A stretch of 64,000 nucleotides of DNA, taken from positions 1 through 64,000 of the IMG/VR virus record IMGVR_UViG_3300009184_005291; one strand, 5' to 3'. Of the stretch, positions 9,515-16,739 are shown in pieces; positions within the stretch are counted from its first letter, which is position 1; every line of letters starts with the position of its first letter. The position numbers and the translations under genes are program-made. The stretch is from a virus. Under the pieces are notes generated by a model. That model searched no databases. It was not told where the DNA came from and saw nothing but the letters and a program-made list of their open reading frames with translations.

Positions 9515-10195
9515 TTATTTACCCTTCTTTTTTGATTTTACGACCTCGTCAATGATACCGTATTCGAGAGCTTGGTTACTATCCAACCACAAATCTCTAC
9601 TAGCATCAATTTTAACTTGTTCAGGGTCTTTCCCACAGAACTCACCAAGTAAACCAAATAGAATATCATTCAATTTAGCCCACTCTCTCATTGTGATTTC
9701 CGCATCTTGGATGTTACCCACAGCACCACCCGAAGATTGGTGTAGCATTGTTCTAGAGTACTTCAAAGAACTTCTTTTTCCTTTGGTACCTGCTCCCAAC
9801 AATACAGACCCCATAGATGCCGCCATTCCTGTGTTCACAGTTCTAATGTCACAAGCAATGTAGTTCATTACATCAACCATAGATAGTCCTGATTTCACAC
9901 TTCCACCTGGACTGTCAATGTGCATCGTGATATCGGTTTTATCAACATTGTCCATGAACATCAATTGTGCCTGTACAATAGTTGACATTCTATCATCGAC
10001 AGGGCCAGCAACCCAAATGATTCTGTCTCTCATCAATCTTGAGAAGATGTCAATCTGAGTAGCTCTCATCTCTCTTTCTTCAAGAATGTAAGGAGTCATA
10101 GACGACTGAATTTGATTTGAGAAGTTGTGAAGATCCAATGATCCTTTACCCAAATGGTTTACGTAATAATTTTGAAATTCTTGTCCGATGTTCAT
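9515..10195 (-). CDS. clpP: ATP-dependent Clp protease proteolytic subunit
   Basis: DIFSRLMRDRII, IDSPGGSV, AASMGS (Ser), MLHQ (His), RD motifs. Confidence 0.95.
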   Translation of the reverse strand: MNIGQEFQNYYVNHLGKGSLDLHNFSNQIQSSMTPYILEEREMRATQIDIFSRLMRDRIIWVAGPVDDRMSTIVQAQLMFMDNVDKTDITMHIDSPGGSVKSGLSMVDVMNYIACDIRTVNTGMAASMGSVLLGAGTKGKRSSLKYSRTMLHQSSGGAVGNIQDAEITMREWAKLNDILFGLLGEFCGKDPEQVKIDASRDLWLDSNQALEYGIIDEVVKSKKKGK

Positions 10196-10234
10196 ATCTG
10201 TTTTATTTTTTACAAAGTTAATACATTTTTTAGT

Positions 10235-10720
10235 TTATCCAAAAGATTTTTGAAATTCTGTCCAAACGTTTAATAAGACCACGTCATCGTACATTATAGG
10301 TGGTTCATATGCTGACCTACTCATTGACATTTTAGCCTCCTCAGGGGTCTTATTATCCTTCTGTCGATTACATTTGGAACAACAAGTTACCAAGTTTGTC
10401 CATTCGTTTGTTCCTCCTCTAGATTTTGGTAATACGTGGTCTAAGGTTAAATGTTTTTTTGACCCACAATAAACACATTCATATCCATCTCTTTTGTAGA
10501 TTCTGCTACGGTTTGGTTTATTCAATCTTGTCCTATGTTTGATATATTTCAAAAGACGTATGATAACTGGTCGTACGTATTTGTTATACCCAGTAATGAT
10601 TGGATTTTCCCCAGATCTTACAATTTCTGCCTTACCTTTGGTGACCAACACAAATCCTCTATGAACACTTGTCACGTTCAAGGGTGTGTAGTCAGAATTC
10701 AAAACTAATACTCTACTCAT
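10235..10720 (-). CDS. HNH endonuclease
   Basis: RDGYECVYCG...LTLDHVLPKSRGG...NLVTCCSKCNRQK. Confidence 0.9.
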   Translation of the reverse strand: MSRVLVLNSDYTPLNVTSVHRGFVLVTKGKAEIVRSGENPIITGYNKYVRPVIIRLLKYIKHRTRLNKPNRSRIYKRDGYECVYCGSKKHLTLDHVLPKSRGGTNEWTNLVTCCSKCNRQKDNKTPEEAKMSMSRSAYEPPIMYDDVVLLNVWTEFQKSFG

Positions 10721-10791
10721 TTATCAAATGTTTCAACAAAAGTAATTTATTTTTTTTAGAAACGAAAGTTGTTGTGAATGAAAAATTTTAT

Positions 10792-10799
10792 TACCTTTG
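10792..10799 (+). promoter_or_regulatory. Bacteroidota-type -7 promoter element (TAnnTTTG)
   Basis: TACCTTTG upstream of first tRNA; same motif at 13919, 14838, 15203, 17078, 18338 (+) and 23620-23627 (-). Confidence 0.6.
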
Positions 10800-10873
10800 T
10801 CATGTTGATTTGATGGAAGTACATCGTTGATTTTTACGATAAAGAATATTATCATTGAAAACGAAGATAATAT

Positions 10874-10945
10874 GGACCCGTAGCTCAGAGGAAGAGCAGC
10901 GCTCTCATAAAGCGAAGGTCGGGATATCATGATTCCCCGGGTCCA
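10874..10945 (+). tRNA. tRNA with CAU anticodon (Ile2 or elongator Met), atypical T-loop
   Basis: GGACCCG/CGGGTCC acceptor, loop CTCATAA, T-arm GGGAT-ATCATGA-TTCCC. Confidence 0.8.
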
Positions 10946-10972
10946 CAAACAATTAAACTAAAACAAACTACA

Positions 10973-11704
10973 ATGAAAATCAAAAAATTAATCCTATCAG
11001 TTGTAACCCTATCCGTATTTTTAATTTCTTGTTCTAAAGAAGAAATTAATGGTAGTGAAATCACTCCTATCAATAATATGGAACATGCGACCATGTCAAC
11101 ATCAAGTATTGGTGGAGAACAAACACCTTTGAGAGCATATATTTTTGTGGAACCAATGTCGAAACATGTGATGATTAAAAACCATTTGAATAAGTTACCA
11201 TTTATTGGAAGACTCCCATTTGTTGGATTTCATGGTGTTAATGCAGGTGCATGGAAAGATAACTTACCAAATTATATTAATATGACTCATTGGATTGATG
11301 GTAGATTACCACAAATTATGCAAGTTGACATTCCCCAAACAAGTGGAGGAATCGATACATTTGGTAATCCTGTTCAAGCTTTCAATTTCAAAACTGTTAA
11401 AATAACAAAAAATACAGTAAATGATAAATTTTCTTGGATTATAGTTCTTATACCAATTAATGCGATGAGTAACGATACAAAAAGACAAAGAAGGATACGT
11501 ATTGATGAAAAGGCGGGTAATATAACAAAATCTTCAACAATTTTTACAACTGATAATGTTATGTCAGAAACTGTGATTAACTATAATGGTAATCGTATTC
11601 CGGCAGGTCAATATAGGGTTTATTCAACTTATCCATCAAGTGGTATGAGACTGAATTTGAACTCAACAAATGATGTTTATATTAGAGGTTTTAGTAACCA
11701 ATAA
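10973..11704 (+). CDS. putative lipoprotein
   Basis: Signal peptide ending LISC-SKEE, Bacteroidota style. Confidence 0.7.
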   Translation: MKIKKLILSVVTLSVFLISCSKEEINGSEITPINNMEHATMSTSSIGGEQTPLRAYIFVEPMSKHVMIKNHLNKLPFIGRLPFVGFHGVNAGAWKDNLPNYINMTHWIDGRLPQIMQVDIPQTSGGIDTFGNPVQAFNFKTVKITKNTVNDKFSWIIVLIPINAMSNDTKRQRRIRIDEKAGNITKSSTIFTTDNVMSETVINYNGNRIPAGQYRVYSTYPSSGMRLNLNSTNDVYIRGFSNQ

Positions 11705-11711
11705 TTAATAC

Positions 11712-11786
11712 GCTCCTAAAGCATTGCTGGCGATGCACATGACTTGTAATCATGATAACTTGGTTCGATTCCGAGTGGGAGCTCCA
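11712..11786 (+). tRNA. tRNA-Thr(UGU)
   Basis: Cloverleaf; CATGA-CTTGTAA-TCATG; encoded CCA. Confidence 0.9.
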
Positions 11787-11791
11787 ACAGT

Positions 11792-11965
11792 ACTTACTAC
11801 GCTACCCATAAGAACAGCGTCCCAGGGTAAGTCGTGTACCTCGATGTTAACCGTAAGAACAACACAGAGGTTGTATCGTGATATAAGTGAATAGCCCAAG
11901 GTATAAGCTAAAATCACACCCCTAACCTCTATTCAAATGACGATTTGATTATGTTAGGTTTTTTT
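11792..11965 (+). ncRNA. putative structured RNA, four hairpins, two with near-identical loops
   Basis: Manual fold; loops ACCCATAAGAAC and AACCGTAAGAAC. Confidence 0.5.
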
Positions 11966-12053
11966 GGAGAGATGGCAGAGTTGGCCGATTGCACCTGACT
12001 TGAAATCAGGAGTACCTGTGAGGGTACCGTGGGTTCGAATCCTACTCTCTCCT
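11966..12053 (+). tRNA. tRNA-Ser(UGA)
   Basis: CCTGA-CTTGAAA-TCAGG, long variable arm, GTTCGAATC. Confidence 0.92.
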
Positions 12054-12060
12054 CATCATA

Positions 12061-12155
12061 ATTGTGACGATTCGAAAGAATGACGGAACGGACGCTAAGA
12101 ATGAAATGGAAACTGAAGGATTATCCTTGGAAACAAACCGTACAGACGTTACAAT
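12061..12155 (+). ncRNA. putative structured RNA with ANGGA repeats
   Basis: Closing stem ATTGTGACG/CGTTACAAT, GAAA-capped hairpin, ACGG/CCGT inner stem. Confidence 0.45.
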
Positions 12156-12177
12156 CTTTTTCACAAATTAAATCATA

Positions 12178-12531
12178 ATGGCACATCCAAACTTACATGC
12201 AAAATCATCCGCCAAAAAGTTTGGTGGAAAACCTGAGGACTACATTCATTTACATGAATGGTTAGACGAAACCAAGTCATGGTTTGGTGATTCCTTACAT
12301 AGAATGTTTCGGCACCATAGTGAGGGGATATTCGAAATGGAAAAAAGGTTTGGTACCGAATTCAAAAACTCAGATGGAAAAACGGTTTATACTCGTTATG
12401 TTGGAGAACAACATATCAAGGAAGATTGTAATAACTACATTCCATCAGCCAAAGAATGGGTTAACAACATGATGTCCAATCAAAGACCACAGTGGATGTT
12501 GAAGACCATTAAATTAGAATTCGAAGACTGA
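12178..12531 (+). CDS. DUF6915-like protein
   Basis: MAHPxxHAKSSAKKFGGKPEDY...HRxxRHHSEGI...GEQHxxED signature (recalled). Confidence 0.75.
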   Translation: MAHPNLHAKSSAKKFGGKPEDYIHLHEWLDETKSWFGDSLHRMFRHHSEGIFEMEKRFGTEFKNSDGKTVYTRYVGEQHIKEDCNNYIPSAKEWVNNMMSNQRPQWMLKTIKLEFED

Positions 12532-12542
12532 TATTTATTTGT

Positions 12543-13241
12543 ATGTCACAAAATATATTAACACCAGAAGAAAAAAAATATTTAGGAAAAATATCAAGGT
12601 TTCTTAGATCGATGGGAATGAGATATGGAGAAATTCAATTTGAAATGGAACCGGACCAAGAGGGAATTGCGTACAGTCCAAACGATTTTCCAACTCATTT
12701 TGAAAATAATTATACCGCAGAAATACCGGACGGCCTTGTACCAATATTGAAAAAAATTATTGACTATGTTGATGATGATGGGTTATATAGCGAGGTACCT
12801 TATGATGGTTACCTCATTTATCAAAGATTTGACATTACAATTAATGCTATGTCAGGAGAAATATCTTTAACACACTCCTATAGTTATCAAATTGAGGGAG
12901 GTTCACAAGGTATCGAATACGATGATATGATTGAAGAGTGGGAAGAAAAAGGAGTTTTCAATGATACCGAAATTCCTGAAGACAATTATTTGGTCTTGAA
13001 GTATAATGGAGGTGGAGATAGTGGATACATCGAATCGAATTTTGAGAATGGAGAACCTGTACCAACCGAAGTAGAAGAATGGTGTTATCAACAATTGGAA
13101 GATAACTTCGCAGGCTGGGAGATAAATGAAGGATCTCAAGGTGAATTCCAATTTGATTTTAATGAAAAAACAGTTATATTATCACACGCATACAACATTG
13201 AAGAATCTAGATCCAACACACTGTGGGAAGAAGAATTTTAG
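12543..13241 (+). CDS. acidic protein with DUF6878-like C-terminal domain
   Basis: YNGGGDSG...GWEINEGSQGEF signature (recalled). Confidence 0.65.
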   Translation: MSQNILTPEEKKYLGKISRFLRSMGMRYGEIQFEMEPDQEGIAYSPNDFPTHFENNYTAEIPDGLVPILKKIIDYVDDDGLYSEVPYDGYLIYQRFDITINAMSGEISLTHSYSYQIEGGSQGIEYDDMIEEWEEKGVFNDTEIPEDNYLVLKYNGGGDSGYIESNFENGEPVPTEVEEWCYQQLEDNFAGWEINEGSQGEFQFDFNEKTVILSHAYNIEESRSNTLWEEEF

Positions 13242-13258
13242 AATGATTTATTAAATTT

Positions 13259-13909
13259 ATGGTGGAAACAACAATTATCAACGAAGATTTTAGAAACTGC
13301 GACATACCAACAGGATTAACAATAACCGACCCACCTTATAATCAAGAATATTCATACAACGAATACAAAGACAAGTTAACTGAACAGGATTATATTGAGT
13401 TATTATCCAAAATCCCAACTCCTTGTGTCATTATTCATTACCCAGAAGAAACAATCAACTTGTTACCAAAGGCAATAAATGATAAATGTGAACAGGTTGT
13501 TTGTTGGGTGTATAACTCCAACACAGGGAAACAAAGTCGATTGATATCATGGTGGGGTTGTAAGCCGGACTTCAGGAAAGTCAGACAGGAATATAAAAAT
13601 CTCAAAGACAAACGTATTCAAAAAAGAATTGCTGAAGGAAAGACTGGTGCCAAACTTTATGATTGGTGGGAAATTAATCAGGTAAAGAATGTCAGCAAAG
13701 AAAAAACCGAACACCCTTGTCAAATTCCTGAGGAAGTAATCCGAAGAATTATTTTGACAACCGCACAACCAAATCAAACAATTATTGATGTGTTCGGTGG
13801 AAGTGGGACGACAAGTAAGGTAGCTCAAGAGTTGGGATTCAACTCAATTAGTTATGAAATCGATGAGAAGTATTGTGAAATTATGAAACATCGGGTTGAA
13901 AGTATCTGA
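13259..13909 (+). CDS. DNA amino-methyltransferase (N6A/N4C, beta class)
   Basis: DPPY precedes HPCQ and DVFGGSGTT motif I. Confidence 0.88.
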   Translation: MVETTIINEDFRNCDIPTGLTITDPPYNQEYSYNEYKDKLTEQDYIELLSKIPTPCVIIHYPEETINLLPKAINDKCEQVVCWVYNSNTGKQSRLISWWGCKPDFRKVRQEYKNLKDKRIQKRIAEGKTGAKLYDWWEINQVKNVSKEKTEHPCQIPEEVIRRIILTTAQPNQTIIDVFGGSGTTSKVAQELGFNSISYEIDEKYCEIMKHRVESI

Positions 13910-13935
13910 AACTTTCATTATATTTGTAGAATAAT

Positions 13936-14256
13936 GTCCGGGTGATGAAATCGGTAGACATGCAAGACTTTAGAGGTAGACATGAATACTTTTATTAAAG
14001 TATTAAAGTTTACAAAATTGAGTGCCTGAGGGGAAACCTTCAGAGTAGAATTCCTCAAATTCGGTGAACCTTTTGAAATGGGAATACCGAGCGAAGCCCG
14101 AGAGGGAACGTGTAGAGACTAGACGGGGAACACCTAAATCGAGAGATATGGTGAAGGTATAGTCCAGACCACAAACCGTGAGGGTAGTGAAAACTATAGT
14201 GGTAAGAAAATCTTGTGGCTTAGGCCGTGCGGGTTCAAGTCCCGCCCCGGATACCA
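13936..14256 (+). tRNA. tRNA-Leu(UAA), exons 13936-13970 and 14207-14256, split by intron
   Basis: Joined exons give CAAGA-CTTAAAA-TCTTG, class II variable arm, encoded CCA. Confidence 0.9.
13971..14206 (+). ncRNA. group I intron (IC3-like) in anticodon of tRNA-Leu(UAA)
   Basis: Follows exon U34 and ends in G; P AATTCGGTGAA, Q AATACCGAGC, R GTGTAGAGACTAGACG, S AAGGTATAGTCC; no ORF. Confidence 0.88.
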
Positions 14257-14292
14257 AACACTATCGTTCTTTGGAATAAAGGAGAAAATTAT

Positions 14293-14544
14293 ATGGATTT
14301 AGTATCATTTATTTTAGGAATGTCTATAGTTGTGGTCATTGCTGTGGCAGTGGTTGCGGTTATTGCTTTTGTTAGAGTGAATAAACAGAAGGAAGAAATT
14401 AAACAAATAAATCAGTTTCTCGCAAGAGAAATTGAAAATCAAATGAGAGATCGTGATAGAATTATTGACGATATTTATCGAACAATCGATTCACGACTTG
14501 ATAAACTTGAAAGTAGATTGAACGCCGCAAGGCATAAAGATTAA
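14293..14544 (+). CDS. single-TM coiled-coil protein
   Basis: GGAG upstream of ATG 14293; hydrophobic N-terminus, coiled-coil tail. Confidence 0.65.
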   Translation: MDLVSFILGMSIVVVIAVAVVAVIAFVRVNKQKEEIKQINQFLAREIENQMRDRDRIIDDIYRTIDSRLDKLESRLNAARHKD

Positions 14545-14582
14545 ATAAAAACTTTCAAAGACGATAGTGTTATTCACATATT

Positions 14583-14744
14583 ATGTTCGGATTATTCAAG
14601 AAAAAAACAGAAAAAGAAAAATTACAGGAAACTTATGAGAAAATGATGGCAGATGCTTATAAATTATCTCATACAAACAGAACCGCATCTGACAAACTTC
14701 TGGCTGAAGCCGAAGAACTTGCGAAAAAAATATACGGTCAGTAA
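14583..14744 (+). CDS. Lacal_2735-family-like small protein (53 aa, not in ORF track)
   Basis: MFGLFKKKTEKEKLQETYEKMMADAYKLSHTNRTASDKLLAEAEELAKKIYGQ resembles this Bacteroidota family (recalled). Confidence 0.7.
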   Translation: MFGLFKKKTEKEKLQETYEKMMADAYKLSHTNRTASDKLLAEAEELAKKIYGQ

Positions 14745-14749
14745 TATTT

Positions 14750-14824
14750 GTCCCCGTAGCTCAGCTGGATAGTAGCGATTGCCTTCTAAGCAATAGGTCA
14801 CACGTTCGAATCGTGTCGGGGATA
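14750..14824 (+). tRNA. tRNA-Arg(UCU)
   Basis: ATTGC-CTTCTAA-GCAAT; canonical D and T arms. Confidence 0.92.
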
Positions 14825-14847
14825 CAAAATATTTCAGTATATTTGTA

Positions 14848-14938
14848 TTGTGATTGAGGAGCACGATTTAGATACACAAGCTCAATTACAAACTGGGTGA
14901 CACGGGAACGATTCAGATACTAGTGTTACCCTTTTTTT
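14848..14938 (+). ncRNA. putative twin-hairpin sRNA
   Basis: Own TATATTTG promoter, two hairpins sharing loop ACGATTYAGATAC, poly-T end. Confidence 0.6.
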
Positions 14939-15007
14939 ATTAGATATCAGAATAAATAATTTTACAAAATAAAAATATTTCATACATTAGAAGTACTTAT
15001 CAATACA

Positions 15008-15097
15008 ATGAGAACTACAAGTCAACATATTAACAGTAATAGTCAACAAGAGAATTGTTGTTATGAAAGTATTTGCCCTGTAGTTCGGATGTCATAG
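15008..15097 (+). CDS. putative leader peptide (29 aa)
   Basis: MRTTSQHINSNSQQENCCYESICPVVRMS followed by terminator hairpin. Confidence 0.4.
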   Translation: MRTTSQHINSNSQQENCCYESICPVVRMS

Positions 15098-15133
15098 AAA
15101 GTAATTTTTTAATTTAAGTTAAATTAAATTTTT

Positions 15134-15170
15134 AGACCCCGAACTCTTAAAAAAAGTTTGGGGTTTTTTT
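15134..15170 (+). terminator. intrinsic terminator
   Basis: AGACCCCGAACT...AGTTTGGGGTTTTTTT. Confidence 0.75.
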
Positions 15171-15222
15171 ATGACATGTTTTTGTTCTTTGAAATATTGT
15201 AGTATCTTTGTAAGACAAACAT

Positions 15223-15296
15223 GCTCCGGTCGTCTAATTGGTTAGGACATCCCCCTTTCACGGGGAAGCTTACGGGTTCGAGTCCCGTCCGGAGTA
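15223..15296 (+). tRNA. tRNA-Glu(UUC)
   Basis: TCCCC-CTTTCAC-GGGGA; canonical cloverleaf. Confidence 0.92.
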
Positions 15297-15420
15297 CTGA
15301 CACGAGAGGCAACCGAAGGCATACTAGACACTGTTTAGGCAATGGGAACGATCACACAGAATACCTCTCTCTCGTAGGTAAGTTTCAAGTTCTGTTGACT
15401 GTGGGGAAAGTCCCACTCTA

Positions 15421-15510
15421 TAGTCAGGTGGTGTAATGGTAGCACTCGGTGAAGTAGACGCAGTAATGTAGTCCCAATCCGTAGTACAGGTTCGAATCCT
15501 GTTCTTACTA
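15421..15510 (+). ncRNA. tRNA-like RNA 1 (acceptor, D and T arms; anticodon arm replaced)
   Basis: AGTCAGG-TG-GTGT AATGGTA GCAC ... ACAGG TTCGAAT CCTGT TCTTACT A. Confidence 0.7.
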
Positions 15511-15524
15511 CAAATAAAAAATAT

Positions 15525-15659
15525 ATGAAATGGATTATTAGACAATTTGGAAACGTATGGTGTTTATTTGTACATGGCTTTGTTTTAGATAAACACAAAA
15601 TGCATAAAGCATATGGACCACAAGAATGTCAAAAATGTGGTAGGTGGTGGGATTTATAA
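15525..15659 (+). CDS. small Cys/His (zinc-finger-like) protein, 44 aa, not in ORF track
   Basis: MKWIIRQFGNVWCLFVHGFVLDKHKMHKAYGPQECQKCGRWWDL. Confidence 0.55.
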   Translation: MKWIIRQFGNVWCLFVHGFVLDKHKMHKAYGPQECQKCGRWWDL

Positions 15660-15666
15660 TAGTCAG

Positions 15667-15891
15667 GTGAAAAAATTAAAAGTTGTGGAAAAAGAAATAA
15701 GTAAAGAAACTGATGAGTTTATTGATAAATTAGACCATCTGTGTTGGGAACATGGCTTTGAAATTTGGCCAACTGACACTATTAACAAAAGAAATGAAGA
15801 CGGCTCATATCCCACCTTTACTATTCATAATATAGGTAGTGGTGAAACAGTAAGATTGATATATGTCGATGGTGACGGAAGAGGTAAATAA
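15667..15891 (+). CDS. hypothetical protein
   Basis: 3' part of tracked ORF 15613-15891; GTG start chosen to avoid overlap. Confidence 0.5.
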   Translation: MKKLKVVEKEISKETDEFIDKLDHLCWEHGFEIWPTDTINKRNEDGSYPTFTIHNIGSGETVRLIYVDGDGRGK

Positions 15892-15897
15892 TTAGGC

Positions 15898-16006
15898 TAG
15901 TCAGGTGGCGGAATTGGTAGACGCTAGGGAGTTGGTACAAAAACTCTATCAGATGCATTGATAATGTACCTCATACATCATACAGGTTCGAATCCGGTTC
16001 TAACTA
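15898..16006 (+). ncRNA. tRNA-like RNA 2 (Leu-type D arm, multi-hairpin insert, T arm)
   Basis: AGTCAGG-TG-GCG GAATTGGTAGA CGC ... ACAGG TTCGAAT CCGGT TCTAACT A. Confidence 0.7.
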
Positions 16007-16077
16007 CGCAAAAAACAAATAAGATGGAGTTTCTTTACCCTTTCGAGGATGAGTTTTAGAAATCTAAATTATTATAT

Positions 16078-16149
16078 GGTGGCCGTAGCCTAGTGGGAGG
16101 GCGGAAGTTTGTGGCACTTCAGGTAAGAGTTCGATTCTCTTCGGTCACA
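16078..16149 (+). tRNA. tRNA-His(GUG)
   Basis: GAAGT-TTGTGGC-ACTTC; encoded G-1; A rather than C at discriminator. Confidence 0.85.
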
Positions 16150-16153
16150 CAAC

Positions 16154-16221
16154 AGTCAGGTGGTGTAAATGGCAGCACACAGTAGTTAACTGAGGAGCGG
16201 GTTAGAAACCCGTCCTGACAC
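16154..16221 (+). ncRNA. tRNA-like RNA 3 (shortened anticodon arm; degenerate Asn-like)
   Basis: GTCAGG/CCTGAC acceptor, D arm, CAGT-AGTTA-ACTG, T-loop TTAGAAA. Confidence 0.6.
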
Positions 16222-16230
16222 CTTATCAAT

Positions 16231-16304
16231 GGTCAGATACCCAAGTGGCTTAAGGGGCTTGTCTGCAAAACAAGTATCCATCGGTTCGAATCCGATTCTG
16301 ACCT
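16231..16304 (+). tRNA. tRNA-Cys(GCA)
   Basis: CTTGT-CTGCAAA-ACAAG; U73. Confidence 0.92.
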
Positions 16305-16322
16305 CATTTAATTAATTAAAAT

Positions 16323-16739
16323 ATGAAAATTGTAATTGTAAGCGGTTATTTTAATCCTGTTCATAAGGGACATATTGAATATTTCAATAAGTCCAAAGAA
16401 CATGGTGATAAACTCTATGTTATCGTCAATAACGACAAACAGAGAGAGTTGAAAGGTAGTAAAGAATTCCAAGATGAAGATGAAAGAATGTTCATCATCC
16501 AAAACCTTAAAATGGTTGATAGAGTATTTCTTTCAGTTGACACAGATCGAACTGTGTGTAAGACAATCGAATTGATCCATTCTTTTGGGGATAGGGACGA
16601 CGAATTCTTATTTGCCAATGGTGGGGACCAAAACAATAATAGCATCCCTGAGACACCTATTTGTGATTGGTTGGGGGTTAAATTGATTGATGGACTTGGA
16701 GATAAAATCCAATCTTCATCTTGGTTGTTGAAGAAGTAA
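16323..16739 (+). CDS. cytidylyltransferase-family (HIGH) protein
   Basis: SGYFNPVHKGH, FANGGD, KIQSSS motifs. Confidence 0.88.
   Translation: MKIVIVSGYFNPVHKGHIEYFNKSKEHGDKLYVIVNNDKQRELKGSKEFQDEDERMFIIQNLKMVDRVFLSVDTDRTVCKTIELIHSFGDRDDEFLFANGGDQNNNSIPETPICDWLGVKLIDGLGDKIQSSSWLLKK

Noticed and set aside
9455-9552. Extended inverted repeat over the clpP stop
   Set aside because: Adequately explained as a bidirectional terminator between convergent genes
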